DNA of 32,000 nucleotides from Endozoicomonas euniceicola (GTDB lineage Bacteria; Pseudomonadota; Gammaproteobacteria; Pseudomonadales; Endozoicomonadaceae): NCBI RefSeq assembly GCF_025562755.1, contig NZ_CP103300.1, positions 4,743,990 to 4,775,989 of the forward strand, read 5' to 3'. Shown piece by piece: positions 31,944 to 32,000 of this stretch (position 1 is its first letter; each line of letters starts with the position of its first letter). The notes under the pieces were generated by a model. It saw only the letters and a program-made list of their open reading frames with translations, ran no database searches and was not told where the DNA came from. The position numbers and the translations under genes were made by a program.

Positions 31944-32000
31944 ATCTGTCGCATTGAAAGCGCAATGAGTCATCTTCACATCGATTCCGGAAGAGGCTTT

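Overview
The window looks like a gammaproteobacterial chromosome segment. The taxon guess (an Endozoicomonas-like marine symbiont) is inference only. Core carbohydrate metabolism genes are interleaved with accessory cassettes. The core genes I recognise from the translated ORFs are a class II fructose-bisphosphate aldolase (fba), PTS Enzyme I (ptsI), bifunctional aldehyde/alcohol dehydrogenase (adhE), an OmpR/EnvZ-type two-component pair, a YgjK-like GH63 glucosidase lipoprotein, a LacI-family regulator with a GH2 beta-galactosidase (lacZ), PTS glucose-type EIICB (ptsG), a sugar ABC substrate-binding protein, HPr (ptsH), GAPDH (gap) and pyruvate kinase (pykA). The accessory content includes an intact ISL3-family insertion sequence with perfect 8-bp target-site duplications. 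It also includes three secreted proteins of unknown function, a small protein built from a perfect 21-bp tandem repeat, a 16-unit heptanucleotide array fused to an 18-bp perfect hairpin, and a duplicated 52-bp terminator module. The most striking item is a 1008-aa ORF (24916-27942) with a eukaryote-like architecture: a Cys4 zinc ribbon, an F-box motif, an acidic tract and a WD40 beta-propeller. I interpret it as a candidate host-ubiquitin-system (SCF) mimic effector. Its 3' flank directly abuts a decayed PTS EIIB gene fragment just upstream of ptsH, which suggests insertion into an ancestral PTS operon. I recognised no rRNA, tRNA or CRISPR array. All product calls rest on my reading of the translations and remembered family signatures. 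No database search was run.
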